Made by a program: the position numbers and the translations under genes | The notes under the pieces: generated by a model | Told to the model about the DNA's origin: nothing | The model's input: only the letters and a program-made list of their open reading frames with translations | Databases searched by the model: none | Shown here: piece after piece, positions 22,829-35,231 of the stretch | How positions within the stretch are numbered: position 1 is the first letter of the stretch | Layout of the letters: each line of letters starts with the position of its first letter | Source of the DNA: an uncultured Alphaproteobacteria bacterium | GTDB taxonomy: Bacteria; Pseudomonadota; Alphaproteobacteria; RF32; CAG-239 | Assembly: GCA_944391685.1 (NCBI GenBank) | Contig: CALXUM010000009.1 | Coordinates: 10,034 to 74,033 of the forward strand | Reading direction: 5' to 3' | Length of the DNA stretch: 64,000 nt

Positions 22829-23083
22829 ATGGCACATAAAAAATCAGGCGGTAGCTCTGCAAACGGACGCGATTCAATCGGACGTCGTTTAGGACTCAAA
22901 AAATCAGGCGGTCAATGTGTAATTCCTGGTAACATTATTGTTCGTCAACGCGGAACACAATATCATCCTGGTGCAAATGTTGGTATGGGTAAAGATCATA
23001 CTTTGTTTGCTCTTTGTGAAGGAAAAGTTGAGTTTTCAAAGAAGGCAGGCGACAGAACCGTGGTTTCGGTTGTTACCGAATAA
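22829..23083 (+). CDS. rpmA: 50S ribosomal protein L27
   Basis: [20 protein letters not shown]. Confidence 0.98.
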   Translation: MAHKKSGGSSANGRDSIGRRLGLKKSGGQCVIPGNIIVRQRGTQYHPGANVGMGKDHTLFALCEGKVEFSKKAGDRTVVSVVTE

Positions 23084-23160
23084 GTTCAATATGTTTGAAT
23101 TTTATGCAAAGGGGATGCGAATACATCCCCTTTACTTTTCAAATGAAAGCTTTATCTTAA

Positions 23161-24240
<1,080 letters not shown>

Positions 24241-24260
24241 ATTCATAGGAGTAAATTAAA

Positions 24261-24635
24261 TTGGTTAAAACGGCTAAAAAAGCGGTACAGAGTGAAGAAA
24301 GCGAACGTATTTTAGATATTGCTATTAAGGCGCTTGATGAAGGAAAAGCAGAAAATATTGTGGTTATTGATTTGCAGGGAAAGACTTCTATCGCAAGTTA
24401 TATGGTTGTTGCCAGCGGAACATCGCAAAGACATGTGGCAGCTTTGACCGAACAAGTACAGTTGAAATTAAAATCTGCAGGTTTTAAGTCATCAAGTGAA
24501 GGGGAAGAAAAAGCAGATTGGGTCTTAATAGATGCTTTTGATGTTATAATACATATTTTTAAGCCGGAAGTGAGAGAGTTTTATAGTTTGGAAAAAATGT
24601 GGTCTTCTGTGGCTGAAATAAGAAAATTAAGTTAA
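24261..24635 (+). CDS. rsfS: Ribosome silencing factor
   Basis: KAENIVVIDL, ASGTSQRHV, WVLID, REFYSLEKMW. Confidence 0.95.
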   Translation: MVKTAKKAVQSEESERILDIAIKALDEGKAENIVVIDLQGKTSIASYMVVASGTSQRHVAALTEQVQLKLKSAGFKSSSEGEEKADWVLIDAFDVIIHIFKPEVREFYSLEKMWSSVAEIRKLS

Positions 24636-24671
24636 TAAAATAAAGGCTCTTTTTGAAAAAAGAGCCTTTAT

Positions 24672-25112
24672 TTATTCACGATGATATGGATGACCGTTAA
24701 TTATGGTTTGAATACGATAAATTTGTTCACATAAAACAGCCCTCATTAACATATGAGGTAAAGTTAATTTACCGAAGGAAAGCAAGAGATCAGCTTTATC
24801 GCGAGTGGATTGAATATGTCCATCAGCTCCTCCAATTAAAAAACAAATTTCAGATGTTCCATTATTCAACCAATTTTCAATTTTATGAGCTAATTCTATT
24901 GATTTTAAGTTTTCTCCTCTTTCGTCGAGGACAATAACCTTTGAGCCGTGAGGGATTGATGATTGTAAAAATTTTGCTTCATCTTCTTGGGTAGAATTAT
25001 CTTTTTCTTTGATAGTAATATCCCATCCGGAGCGTTTTATATATTCGGATATAATTGCAGCTTCGGGAGAATTTTTTTTGCATTTACCTATGGCAAGAAT
25101 TGTTATTTTCAT
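24672..25112 (-). CDS. rlmH: 23S rRNA pseudouridine-1915 N3-methyltransferase
   Basis: MKITILAIGK, FLIGGADG, LTLPHMLMR..LCEQIYR, GHPYHRE; ATG overlaps the upstream gene's stop. Confidence 0.95.
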   Translation of the reverse strand: MKITILAIGKCKKNSPEAAIISEYIKRSGWDITIKEKDNSTQEDEAKFLQSSIPHGSKVIVLDERGENLKSIELAHKIENWLNNGTSEICFLIGGADGHIQSTRDKADLLLSFGKLTLPHMLMRAVLCEQIYRIQTIINGHPYHRE

Positions 25113-26161
25113 ATGTATACCACCTGTCCAAATACATTTTGTAAAAAGAATAAAGAGACATAACATATTAAAGCGGCAATGATTGGTGTGGTGATCCAGC
25201 CAATGGCAATCTTAGCAATTAATCCCCAGTTGAGATCATGTCCGCCTTTGGCAATGCCGATACCCATAACGGCACCAATGACGGCTTGTGAACTTGATAC
25301 AGGGACCAACGGCAAAGCCGGAAGATCGTGGGAAAGCAAAAAATGTTGTAATCCTTGAGAAGCAAAAAGGAAAAGCACTATTGATTGAGAAACAACAACA
25401 ACCCACGCCATTAAAGGAGACATTTTCATGATGCCGTTTCCAATAGTATCCATAACCTTTTTAGAATATGTTCCAACACCGATACTTATGGCAACTCCTC
25501 CAATAAAAAATAATACTTGTGTGCTGTTAAGATAGAAAAAACTTCCAAAGTGTATTTCTTTCAGTGGATTTGCTTCAACAAATACACCCATGACATTAGC
25601 AATGTTATTTGCACCAAGAGCGTAAGCTCCAAAGGCTCCGGCAATAATTAAGCCGATACGCGTATAACAATCTTGTCTGATTAGATGCAGATGTGATTTG
25701 CGTATAATGGATTTAATACTCCAATAAATAAAAACGGCAATTATACCTGAAAGAATCGGGCAGAATATCCAAGTTCCGACTATTTGACTAAGAATTGTTA
25801 TGTCGGTGGGTTTTGATGAAAATAAGTTCCAACCAATGATTGCTCCAACGATAGCTTGAGAAGTTGAAATCGGCATTGAAAGTTCTACCATCCAAAAAAT
25901 GGTTATAGCAGCGGCTAGAGCAGCCATAAAAGCTCCCGGAAGAGTGTTTATACTTCCTAAATGACCAAGAGTTTGTGATGCCCCAGATCCAGCATATACA
26001 GCTCCTAAAATTATAAATAAGGATGAAATTATTGTTGCGGTGCGGAACTTGACCATTTTAGTACCGACTGCGGTGCCAAAAATATTAGAGGCGTCGTTGG
26101 CACCTAGGGACCAGCCTAAAAACAAACCAGAACTTAGGAATAAGAAGAATGTTAAATCCAT
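25109..26161 (-). CDS. PiT-family inorganic phosphate transporter
   Basis: GANDASN and GANNIANV signatures; PISTSQA and PVSSSQA. Confidence 0.93.
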   Translation of the reverse strand: MDLTFFLFLSSGLFLGWSLGANDASNIFGTAVGTKMVKFRTATIISSLFIILGAVYAGSGASQTLGHLGSINTLPGAFMAALAAAITIFWMVELSMPISTSQAIVGAIIGWNLFSSKPTDITILSQIVGTWIFCPILSGIIAVFIYWSIKSIIRKSHLHLIRQDCYTRIGLIIAGAFGAYALGANNIANVMGVFVEANPLKEIHFGSFFYLNSTQVLFFIGGVAISIGVGTYSKKVMDTIGNGIMKMSPLMAWVVVVSQSIVLFLFASQGLQHFLLSHDLPALPLVPVSSSQAVIGAVMGIGIAKGGHDLNWGLIAKIAIGWITTPIIAALICYVSLFFLQNVFGQVVYI

Positions 26162-26820
26162 CAGATGTCTCTTTTAATAGTGAAAATAAGCAGTTCATCA
26201 ATAAAGTCTTCGGCAATATCGGCAATGTCGGCAATTTGATTAATGAAAGAACTTAGTTGCATTTTATTGGCAAGAGGAATATCCGATTCAAAAATACTTT
26301 TGCGTAAATTGCCTGAGCTTAAATCCGTTTCATGTTCAATAAAGTATACTTTTTGTGAATAATCACGAACAGAGCTTAAATCACGGAAAAATGCACGAGA
26401 TGCTTTAGCCATATTTTCAGCACATTCGGCAACTTGATCACAGAGTTCATTTATACGATTATGATATTCTTGAGGAATTTCCGGTTGTTCGATAAAAAAC
26501 ATATAGGCAACTTCATCAAATTTGTTGATTACGCGGTCAAGGTTTTCAACCAATTGTAAAACATCGGCCCTTAAATCGGGAATAAGGTTTTGTGAATATA
26601 ATTTATTTTCTATATCACGGCGAAGATTATCTGCATCATGTTCGATTTGTTTTATTTGTTTGGAAATTTTACGATAATCATCACTGCGACCTTCATTTAG
26701 AAAAACTTTTACAGCCTTTTTGAAACTCATCGCAGCATCAAGAAGTTTATCGTGAAAGAGGTCAATTTTGTTTTCTAATGATTTTGTTTTTGAGAATATA
26801 GAAATGTTTAGATGAAACAT
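26161..26820 (-). CDS. DUF47 / PhoU-like phosphate transport regulator
   Basis: IEHDADNLRRDI, IEHETD, IADIAED; directly upstream of PiT. Confidence 0.9.
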   Translation of the reverse strand: MFHLNISIFSKTKSLENKIDLFHDKLLDAAMSFKKAVKVFLNEGRSDDYRKISKQIKQIEHDADNLRRDIENKLYSQNLIPDLRADVLQLVENLDRVINKFDEVAYMFFIEQPEIPQEYHNRINELCDQVAECAENMAKASRAFFRDLSSVRDYSQKVYFIEHETDLSSGNLRKSIFESDIPLANKMQLSSFINQIADIADIAEDFIDELLIFTIKRDI

Positions 26821-26984
26821 TGTTGATGTCCTAGTTAAATTATAAGTTATTTTATTATACATTTTTATTTATGAACAAATAATTTATATATTTTATAAAA
26901 GTTATAATTTTGGGCTTGTAAATTAATATAGTTTCGTTAAATTAATAGCTGTTGATTTATAATTTAACTCGAGGATTTTGTATA

Positions 26985-27710
26985 ATGAATAAAATTAATG
27001 CTGTTTATGTTTCTTTGTTGGCATTGGTTGTTGCCGTTGCCGCATTGATAACGAGTGTTGTTATGGGAAAGAAAAGTGCAGAAACAGTTGACGTTGCTGC
27101 ATCTTTGAAAGCTAATCCAGTTATGGTTGTTGAGGCTTTACAAGCATATGAAACACAAGTACGTGAAGAAGCTCAGAAAAAAGCAGAAGAAATGATTCAA
27201 AGTAAAATTGAAGAATTGAATAATAATGTAAATGACGGTGTTTTGGGTAATCCTGAAGGTGAAGTCGTATTGGTTGAATTCTTTGATTTTTCTTGCGGAT
27301 ATTGTCACAGAGTTTATCCTGTAATCAAAAATTTGATTGCTAAAAATGGTGATTTGAAAGTAGTGGCTAAACCTTTAGCTTTCTTGTCTCCGGTTTCTTC
27401 TTATGCCGCCAAGGCTGCCGTTGCTGCCAAGGAGCAAGGTAAATTTGCTGAAGTTTTCAGTGCTTTGTTTGAAAGCAAGGAGCCTTTAACAGAGGCTAAA
27501 GTTGATGAATTGGCTGTTTTGGCAGGGGTTGATTTGGCCCAACTTAAAACAGATATGAATTCTGAAAAAGTTCAAAAAACTTTGCAAGAAACCAGTGCCT
27601 TGGCCGGTGAGTTGCAAATTAACGGTGTTCCGACTTTAATTGTGAACGGAAAGTTAGTTCAAGCATTGGATGAAGAAATTCTGCAAAATGCCATAGACAA
27701 AGCTAAATAA
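26985..27710 (+). CDS. DsbA-family (Com1/ScsC-like) thiol-disulfide oxidoreductase
   Basis: VEFFDFSCGYC and INGVPT cis-Pro; N-terminal anchor. Confidence 0.92.
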   Translation: MNKINAVYVSLLALVVAVAALITSVVMGKKSAETVDVAASLKANPVMVVEALQAYETQVREEAQKKAEEMIQSKIEELNNNVNDGVLGNPEGEVVLVEFFDFSCGYCHRVYPVIKNLIAKNGDLKVVAKPLAFLSPVSSYAAKAAVAAKEQGKFAEVFSALFESKEPLTEAKVDELAVLAGVDLAQLKTDMNSEKVQKTLQETSALAGELQINGVPTLIVNGKLVQALDEEILQNAIDKAK

Positions 27711-27847
27711 TTTTTTAGAATATTATGTGAAAGAGCGATAGGTTTGGGCTTATCGCTCTTTTTTGTGAACATTTTTTTCTTGGCTTGAGTTTTAGAAATA
27801 AAAACCTTATATATAAAAAAGATGTGTTTGTTGCTAAAAGGAATAAA

Positions 27848-29713
27848 ATGAAAATGGGAAGAAATATTATTATATGGTTGCTGGCGTTGATTTTGTTGTC
27901 CGGAGCCATGAATATGTTTACTTCGGGAGCTGAAAAGGCAAATGCCGAAAAGTTGGCTTTTTCCGAATTCATGAATCATGTTGAAAATAAAAAAGTGGCT
28001 GAAGTTACGATATCCGGAGCAAATATTTCAGGTATATATAATAACGGACAAAAATTTTATACGTATGCTCCATTTGATCCCAATATGGTTGAGTTATTGC
28101 GTAAAAATAATGTAAAAGTTACGGCTCAACCGGAAGATAATACTTCAAACACTTTATGGGGAATGTTAATTTCGTGGTTCCCTATGTTGTTACTTATAGG
28201 AGTTTGGATCTTCTTTATGCGTCAGGCAAATGCCGGGAATAATAAGGCTATGGGGTTTGGAAAATCAAGAGCAAGATTGATTGAAAATACTAAAAAAGTA
28301 ACCTTTGCCGATGTTGCCGGTGCTGATGAGGCAAAGGAAGAGTTAGAAGAAGTTATTGAGTTCTTAAAGGATCCAGAAAAATTCCAACGACTAGGAGGAA
28401 AGATCCCCAAGGGTGTTTTAATGGTTGGTCCTCCGGGGACAGGAAAAACTCTTTTGGCAAAAGCTGTTGCAGGTGAGGCCGATGTCCCGTTTTTCTCAAT
28501 CTCAGGTTCTGATTTTGTGGAGATGTTTGTCGGTGTAGGTGCAAGTCGTGTACGTGATATGTTTGCTCAAGCCAAAAAAAATGCTCCTTGTTTGTTGTTT
28601 ATTGATGAGATTGATGCTGTTGGGCGTCATCGCGGTGCCGGCCTTGGCGGTGGAAATGATGAACGCGAGCAAACGCTTAATCAGTTATTGGTTGAGATGG
28701 ATGGTTTTGAAGCTAATGAAAATGTTATTCTGATTGCAGCAACAAATCGTCCTGACGTATTGGATCCAGCATTGTTGCGTCCGGGAAGATTTGATCGTCA
28801 AGTTACGGTTACGAATCCTGATAAAAAAGGACGAGAGGAAATTTTGAAAGTTCATGTTCGTAAAGTGCCTTTGGCGAAAGATGTTGATCTGTCTGTTATT
28901 GCTCGTGGTACTCCGGGATTTTCTGGTGCAGATTTGGCTAATTTGGTAAATGAAGCGGCTTTATTGGCGGCACGTAAAAATAAGCGTAAGGTAACATCAA
29001 AGGATTTTGATGATGCCAAAGATAAAGTTTTGATGGGTAGTGAACGTCGATCAATGGCAATGGATGAAAATGAGAAAAAATTGACTGCTTATCATGAAGC
29101 GGGACATGCTGTTTGTTCATTGTTTGTTGAAGAAACCGATCCTATTCATAAGGCAACGATTATTCCTCGAGGAAGAGCTTTGGGAATGGTTCAACAATTG
29201 CCGGAAAAAGATCAATATTCTTATTCCAGAGTTAAGATGTTATCAAGATTAGTAATTATGATGGGTGGTCGTGTAGCCGAGGAACTGAAGTTTGGATCCA
29301 AAAAAGTTACGAGCGGAGCGTCCTCAGATATTGCCGCTGCTACCAATTTGGCTCGTTCAATGGTTACGGAATGGGGAATGAGTGATAAGCTGGGGCCTGT
29401 TTTATATGCTGAAAATACGGGAGAAGTATTTCTTGGAAAGTCAGTTACTCAGAGTAAAAATATGAGTGAGGAAACAGCTAAATTGGTTGATGAAGAAATA
29501 AAAAATTTGGTTGTTAATGCTCATGCTGAGGCTACCAAATTGCTTAAAGAACATGAAAAAGATTGGGAAACGATTGCTCAAGCATTGATTGAATATGAGA
29601 CTTTGACTGGAGATGAAATCAAAGATTTGTTAGCAGGAAAACAAATTGATAAATCTTCCGAATCTCCGGTAGGAGAAGAAAAAAGGACTCATTCATCCGT
29701 TCCTGAAGTTTAG
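27848..29713 (+). CDS. ftsH: ATP-dependent zinc metalloprotease FtsH
   Basis: [20 protein letters not shown]; ATG start chosen from the RBS. Confidence 0.99.
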   Translation: MKMGRNIIIWLLALILLSGAMNMFTSGAEKANAEKLAFSEFMNHVENKKVAEVTISGANISGIYNNGQKFYTYAPFDPNMVELLRKNNVKVTAQPEDNTSNTLWGMLISWFPMLLLIGVWIFFMRQANAGNNKAMGFGKSRARLIENTKKVTFADVAGADEAKEELEEVIEFLKDPEKFQRLGGKIPKGVLMVGPPGTGKTLLAKAVAGEADVPFFSISGSDFVEMFVGVGASRVRDMFAQAKKNAPCLLFIDEIDAVGRHRGAGLGGGNDEREQTLNQLLVEMDGFEANENVILIAATNRPDVLDPALLRPGRFDRQVTVTNPDKKGREEILKVHVRKVPLAKDVDLSVIARGTPGFSGADLANLVNEAALLAARKNKRKVTSKDFDDAKDKVLMGSERRSMAMDENEKKLTAYHEAGHAVCSLFVEETDPIHKATIIPRGRALGMVQQLPEKDQYSYSRVKMLSRLVIMMGGRVAEELKFGSKKVTSGASSDIAAATNLARSMVTEWGMSDKLGPVLYAENTGEVFLGKSVTQSKNMSEETAKLVDEEIKNLVVNAHAEATKLLKEHEKDWETIAQALIEYETLTGDEIKDLLAGKQIDKSSESPVGEEKRTHSSVPEV

Positions 29714-29847
29714 AAATATTTTTAATAAACGTAAGCCGCAATGTTGCGGCTTATTTTTTATAATAACTATGATTGGATGCTTGTTTTTTTTATCGAGTCG
29801 TTTATGCTAATAAATTATGGAATGTAATTTAGTAGGGGTTGGGTAAA

Positions 29848-31197
29848 ATGGCAAAAAATAAATGGTTTGGAACAGACGGGGTGCGTGGCGTGGCTAATGT
29901 TTTTCCGATAACAGCTGATTTTGCAATGAAATTGGCGATGGCTGCGGCGGAAAAAATATGCAATAAAAAACACAAGGTAGCAATTGCCAGAGATACCAGA
30001 ATATCAGGTCAAATGTTGGAGGCAGCTTTAAGTGCCGGTTTTGCAGCTAAAGGGGTTGATGTCTTGCTCTTAGGAGTTATCCCTACTCCTGCAGTGACAA
30101 CTGTTACACCAGATTTAGATGTGGATATGTCTGTTATGATTACAGCTTCACATAATCCTTATAAGGATAACGGAATAAAATTGATTGCGGCTGACGGATA
30201 TAAATTTAATGATGATTTAACTGCTGAATTGGAATTTTTAATAGAAAAAGGAGAATTTGTTTTTGACAGTAATAAAATAGGGAGCATTAGAAAAGACAAT
30301 TCAGCTTTGGAAAAATATGAAGCAATTGCATTGTCAACGGCTGGAGAAAAAAATCAGTTACAAGGCCTTAAGATTGTTGTTGATTGTGCAAACGGATGCT
30401 TTGCTGAAATTATGCCAAAGTTATTTTCAGAAATGGGGGCAGATGTTGTTAAAATAGGGTGTGATCCGGATGGATTTAATATTAATCGTGATTGTGGCTC
30501 ACAACATGTTGATGCAATGCTTGATAAAGTTAAAAAAGTTAAGGCTGATATTGGAGTTGCTGTTGATGGTGATGGAGATAGAATTAAAGTTTGTAATGAA
30601 AAAGGGGAATTAATCAGAAGCGAACAATTGATCGCTTTTTTGGCGAAATATTTACAAGAAAGCGGAGAACTAAAGTCTAGTCCGGTAGTGTCAACAGTTT
30701 TATCGAATACCGGTTTGGAGAAGTTTGTTTTAAATAATTTGGGCTTGAAGTATTATTCGACTCCAGTTGGTGAACGTTATGTGGTTGAAAAGATGAGGCA
30801 GGAAAAAGGAGTCGTTGGAGGAGAAGAATCGGGACATATTGTGTTGAGCGACTATAGTCGATCAGGAGATGCAATGATGGTGGCTTTGGTTTTAGCTAAG
30901 GGATTAAAATTTTATAAAAAGAAAATGAGTGAAATTTTTCCTTTGTTTGAATTTGAACCATTGGTATTTGAAAATCCCAGATTTGAAAGCAGAGAAAAAG
31001 TTAGATCAATTGTAGCGAACAGCGAATTACAAAATGTTTTGGCTCAATGTCAGATGCGTTTGCAAGGAGTGGGAAGAGCAGTTATTCATCCGTCAGGAAC
31101 AGAACCTTTAATCAGAGTTTGGGTGTGTGGAAATAATGAATGTTTAGTGAATGAAATCAGCAAGATTCTTTTAGATAAAATTGAAGAATTAAGATAG
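29848..31197 (+). CDS. glmM: Phosphoglucosamine mutase
   Basis: FGTDGVRG, ITASHNP, DGDGDR, GGEESGH; follows ftsH. Confidence 0.93.
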   Translation: MAKNKWFGTDGVRGVANVFPITADFAMKLAMAAAEKICNKKHKVAIARDTRISGQMLEAALSAGFAAKGVDVLLLGVIPTPAVTTVTPDLDVDMSVMITASHNPYKDNGIKLIAADGYKFNDDLTAELEFLIEKGEFVFDSNKIGSIRKDNSALEKYEAIALSTAGEKNQLQGLKIVVDCANGCFAEIMPKLFSEMGADVVKIGCDPDGFNINRDCGSQHVDAMLDKVKKVKADIGVAVDGDGDRIKVCNEKGELIRSEQLIAFLAKYLQESGELKSSPVVSTVLSNTGLEKFVLNNLGLKYYSTPVGERYVVEKMRQEKGVVGGEESGHIVLSDYSRSGDAMMVALVLAKGLKFYKKKMSEIFPLFEFEPLVFENPRFESREKVRSIVANSELQNVLAQCQMRLQGVGRAVIHPSGTEPLIRVWVCGNNECLVNEISKILLDKIEELR

Positions 31198-31291
31198 ATT
31201 AAAAGATTGTAAAGAATATGATTAAAGTTTTGTTTACTAATCAGGGCTAAAATGTGGGTATAGGTTGGTAAATAACGTAAGGGACAAAAAA

Positions 31292-31492
31292 ATGCAAAAG
31301 CAGGTAGAACCACAGGTATTTGATTGGTCTAGAGAAAAAGTGATTCAGGGACGAGGGAATGCTTTGTTGGTTGCTTATGACAAACATACTTTGTCTACAG
31401 GAAATGTTAAGGCTCGTCCACGTTGTGTATGGCCAAGTTTGTTGCAAAATAATTCCTCAAAATATTTGAGCCGCAGAGTTTGGGGGCGTTAG
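31292..31492 (+). CDS. Small hypothetical protein
   Basis: ATG with AAGGGA RBS; 66 aa; overlaps the next ORF. Confidence 0.45.
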   Translation: MQKQVEPQVFDWSREKVIQGRGNALLVAYDKHTLSTGNVKARPRCVWPSLLQNNSSKYLSRRVWGR

Positions 31493-31818
31493 TAGCAAAA
31501 GTGTTAAAAGGGCTTATTTCTCTTTTTACTTCCGGAATAATTTTTAATCCGATGGTTTTGCTTGGAATCGGGTTGGGAATTTTTGTTGAGATAAATTGGG
31601 AAGCAGAGAGAATCTATGCATTACTTAAGAATTATCATCTTTATTTATTAATTTGGCTTATTTCCGGTGCTTATGTTTTTGTTTTTAAAAGAATTTATAA
31701 GGACGGTGGTGTGGATCCTGATTATGCAGCTATGATTTTTGCCAGCATTACAGGAGTTCTGAAGTTTGTTATGGCATTTGTTTTGGCAATGTCATTTATA
31801 ATGATGATAAGTTTTTAG
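31480..31818 (+). CDS. Hypothetical membrane protein (about 3 TM)
   Basis: Three hydrophobic segments. Confidence 0.65.
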   Translation: MGALVAKVLKGLISLFTSGIIFNPMVLLGIGLGIFVEINWEAERIYALLKNYHLYLLIWLISGAYVFVFKRIYKDGGVDPDYAAMIFASITGVLKFVMAFVLAMSFIMMISF

Positions 31819-31988
31819 ATTGAAACGTCAACATTAGTACCAACGTTTTCAGAAACAGGAACTTCTCGACTTGTTTCTAGCAAAACTTCTATAGCTTGTT
31901 GTTGTAATTCAACACTATTTTTAATCAAACTCATTTGAGTTTGTTGGATGGCCAAAGCGTAAGAACTTAAGGCTCCGAGTTCAGACAT
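31815..31988 (-). CDS. YjfB-family (putative motility) small protein, absent from the ORF track
   Basis: 57 aa MSELGALSSYALAIQQTQMSLIKNSVELQQQAIEVLLETSREVPVSENVGTNVDVSI; AGGAG RBS; C-terminal GxNVD motif. Confidence 0.75.
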   Translation of the reverse strand: MSELGALSSYALAIQQTQMSLIKNSVELQQQAIEVLLETSREVPVSENVGTNVDVSI

Positions 31989-32132
31989 TTTTATTCTCCT
32001 ACATTATTTAATTGTATTTAAATATAACACAAAAGCCTTAATAGTTCATTAAAATTTTTGTGGCTTGGTTGTTTTTGAATTTGGATTGATTATTTTATTT
32101 TGATAAGTGGTAAACTTTATAGGAATAATAAA

Positions 32133-32639
32133 ATGAATATAAATATATATAAAAATTTGCTGTTAATTTCTGCATTGAGCTTAGTAAGTTATAATTCTTA
32201 CGGACAAGGAAATATAAATATGGTTGATGAAGCAGCAAATGGTCCCACGGTTGTTTATGGTTCGGCACAGGAATCAGGCGGGGGGAAAGATAGTTTTACC
32301 GTTGAACAACCAGACGGAGCGGCTAATCCTTTGGGAGATCCGATTGTAGTTCCGGCACAATCGGAACAAAGTGAAGAAAATCAGATGCCGTTGTTGCAAA
32401 ATTCACCAAAACAAAATGGAAGTGGAGCCACTGCAAGTTCTGAGTCTAATAATCAATTGCAACAAGTTAATCCCAATACTCCCCAGGGGCAAGAACAGCT
32501 TGGTAATGACTTTCAGAATACTTTGATGGAGGCAAACGGGATGGTTTATGATGTGCAAGCATATCCGGAAGAAGACCTAAACGCAATAGGTAATCCATCA
32601 AATCCGGCAACATTATATTCGCCTAATGTTAATCCTTAG
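32133..32639 (+). CDS. Secreted Q/N/P-rich hypothetical protein
   Basis: Signal peptide plus low-complexity body. Confidence 0.7.
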   Translation: MNINIYKNLLLISALSLVSYNSYGQGNINMVDEAANGPTVVYGSAQESGGGKDSFTVEQPDGAANPLGDPIVVPAQSEQSEENQMPLLQNSPKQNGSGATASSESNNQLQQVNPNTPQGQEQLGNDFQNTLMEANGMVYDVQAYPEEDLNAIGNPSNPATLYSPNVNP

Positions 32640-34363
32640 TTACATTCCATTTGACTGAAAGATAATTCTTTGCACTTCCACTTGTCTTCAATTCTGTTTG
32701 AAGGTTCTATGGTTATAGATTGAACAGAAGTATCTATGGCTGAACCTAAGTGAATGTAGTAAAGATCATCACACTGGGTATCATTATTTTCCGCCAGAGG
32801 AAATATTGTTTGATCATAAGAGCTAAATAACTTAGAATATTTATACAAATGGATTGAAGCAAGAGAGTTAATTATATTAGGGTTATCGGTTAATGATATG
32901 AGTTTTATATTTGGGGTATCAATTTTTGCCCATTGTTTTAGAACTATTGAAGAAGTATCGGCAATAATTCCTCCGGCGATTTTTACTTTGGAATTACATC
33001 CAAAAACCAAGCTTTCAGAATCAATGCTTGTATTGGATGGATCTTTATATTCTAATATTCCTTTAATAAAAATTTCGTTGAAACCTTTAGTCTTCAAATA
33101 ACCATATAGACTTCCTTTCAGACCGAGAGCTGCATCTTTTTCAAGATCGACATTGCCTCGTATACTACCATCAGAAAGAAGTTTACTGTTGGGGCTAATA
33201 TTAATGTTGGCACAAATTTCAGTAATACCTCTGAAACTTACAATGCCTGAAATGTTTATGTTTTGAGCTTGTATAGGGCAAGCAGGAAGGTGGCCTGAAA
33301 ATTTGAAACGGACATTTTTAAAAGATCCGTTAGCAGGTAAGGTCAATTCTTCTTCATAAATTAGATTAAAATCAATATTTTCAATGTTGCGATCAAAAAG
33401 ATGACCATAATTTTCGAGATTTTTTTGGTTTATGTGCAAAGTTATTTGTGGACGAGATTCGTTTTGACAATCTAAGGTAGTCATTCCTACTAAAGAGCGT
33501 AATTCTTTTTTAGTTAAATCAATGGTCGGATTAATTATATCTTCACCAATTACATCAGCGTTCGGATAATCGATTTTAGCTTGTTTTAAACAATTGATTT
33601 GGCAACGTTTGAAACTGGGGTTTTGCGGACAGTCAAAAGAATCTTCGGTAGGAGCACAGCTATTTAATGTAAAACCATTTTCATAACAAACAGTTTCAAC
33701 GGTTTTGCAAGCACTATAAAGTAAGTTTTCTCCTTGTAGGCATGATGGAGTTTGCGGGGACATGGGACCGTATTGACATTTAATAAAACCATCACAAGCT
33801 GCAGGTTTTATGTTAGTTTTAACAATACCATCACAAGTGGTGCAGGTTTCGCCTACGGCAACATATCCGTCAGGAACGGCATCTATTTTATGACTAAAAT
33901 CTGGGCAAGAATCGCAGCATATACCATAATCTTCAGAATAGGGACATTTTTTATCGCTTAGTTGACATTTATCTTTGGAAACGTAACCGCTTTCTTGACA
34001 CGCTTTAATAACATTTTCTGCACAAGCACGGTAAAGAGGAAATTTATTGTCACATATTTTTTGTGGATATAAGGGAAGTTTGCAGTCACTTTTTAAAAAA
34101 CGATAGTTATTGTTGCGACACCATTGTTCCTGTGAACAGCTGCGATAATAAGCATCATGGTGAGGGCAACGATCAGTCGGTGCAGTTTGATTGGTGCAGT
34201 TGGCATAAGTAATTTTGTATCCCTCATCAAGGCACTTCTGTTCGGCACGAGAAAGTTCATGATTCTGATAGCTGTTATTGGCATAGTCAGGGACAACGGC
34301 TGCTCTTGCCATAACAGAAAAATAAAATAAGCTTATAAAAAGTGCTGTATTAAACTTTTTCAT
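32636..34363 (-). CDS. Secreted cysteine-repeat protein with beta-rich C-terminal region
   Basis: Signal peptide; repeated C..GY..C..CP..Y..C units. Confidence 0.8.
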   Translation of the reverse strand: MKKFNTALFISLFYFSVMARAAVVPDYANNSYQNHELSRAEQKCLDEGYKITYANCTNQTAPTDRCPHHDAYYRSCSQEQWCRNNNYRFLKSDCKLPLYPQKICDNKFPLYRACAENVIKACQESGYVSKDKCQLSDKKCPYSEDYGICCDSCPDFSHKIDAVPDGYVAVGETCTTCDGIVKTNIKPAACDGFIKCQYGPMSPQTPSCLQGENLLYSACKTVETVCYENGFTLNSCAPTEDSFDCPQNPSFKRCQINCLKQAKIDYPNADVIGEDIINPTIDLTKKELRSLVGMTTLDCQNESRPQITLHINQKNLENYGHLFDRNIENIDFNLIYEEELTLPANGSFKNVRFKFSGHLPACPIQAQNINISGIVSFRGITEICANINISPNSKLLSDGSIRGNVDLEKDAALGLKGSLYGYLKTKGFNEIFIKGILEYKDPSNTSIDSESLVFGCNSKVKIAGGIIADTSSIVLKQWAKIDTPNIKLISLTDNPNIINSLASIHLYKYSKLFSSYDQTIFPLAENNDTQCDDLYYIHLGSAIDTSVQSITIEPSNRIEDKWKCKELSFSQMECN

Positions 34364-34552
34364 GATTGTACTCACTTATATGAAGGAATTTTGGTTGTAT
34401 TTTAGGTGTTTTGAATTAATTTTGTGTTAAAAAAGTTTAGCTTTTTTGACAAAATTTATTTTTTGACTAGATTTAAACCTTTTTTTGTGGTATGTTAACG
34501 CTGTCATTGAATAAAGATGCATAATAAACAACCTTCAATATGGGAAAATGAT

Positions 34553-35059
34553 ATGAATAAAAAAATCTCAGTTAAAAATCCGTTTTGCTCAGGTGAATAT
34601 GTTGTTTATCCGGCACATGGCGTGGGAAAAGTTGCTGATATCACCAGGCAAAACGTGGCTGGCTCAGAGTTGGAATTGATAGTGGTTAATTTTGATAAGG
34701 ACAAAATGACTTTAAGAATTCCAATGGCTAAAGCTGAGACAACCGGATTACGCAAAATTTCAGGTGCTGATACCATGAACGATGCTTTGGCTACCTTAAA
34801 AGGAAAAGCAAAAGTTAAAAAAGTTATGTGGTCAAGAAGGGCTCAGGAATATGAAAATAAAATCAATTCCGGAAGTCCGGTAGCAATTGCCGAAGTTATT
34901 CGTGATTTGTATCGCAGTGAAAATTTGGCTGAACAGTCTTATAGCGAAAGACAAATTTATGAGCAGGCTCTTGATCGGTTGGCAAATGAATATGCAGTGT
35001 TTGAAAATATATCGCCGGCCGATGCAACGCAAAAGTTGCTTAGTATTTTAGCAAAGTAA
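34553..35059 (+). CDS. carD: CarD/CdnL transcription regulator
   Basis: VVYPAHGVG, MWSRRAQEYENKINSG, SYSERQIYE. Confidence 0.95.
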   Translation: MNKKISVKNPFCSGEYVVYPAHGVGKVADITRQNVAGSELELIVVNFDKDKMTLRIPMAKAETTGLRKISGADTMNDALATLKGKAKVKKVMWSRRAQEYENKINSGSPVAIAEVIRDLYRSENLAEQSYSERQIYEQALDRLANEYAVFENISPADATQKLLSILAK

Positions 35060-35072
35060 ATTTGTTAATCTT

Positions 35073-35106
35073 AAAAAATCCCCTCTTTTTAGAGGGGATT
35101 TTTTTA
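35073..35106. terminator. Terminator after carD
   Basis: aaaaaatcccctct-ttt-agaggggatttttttt. Confidence 0.85.
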
Positions 35107-35231
35107 TAACCGATATAAAGACTATAACCTAATTTATATAAAGAATTTCTGTGGAAAAAGCTTTTATAGTTTGTTGTCATGTGGTAAGATATATCATATA
35201 CAGAAAGTATGAGTATTAAAGAGAGGGTGGT

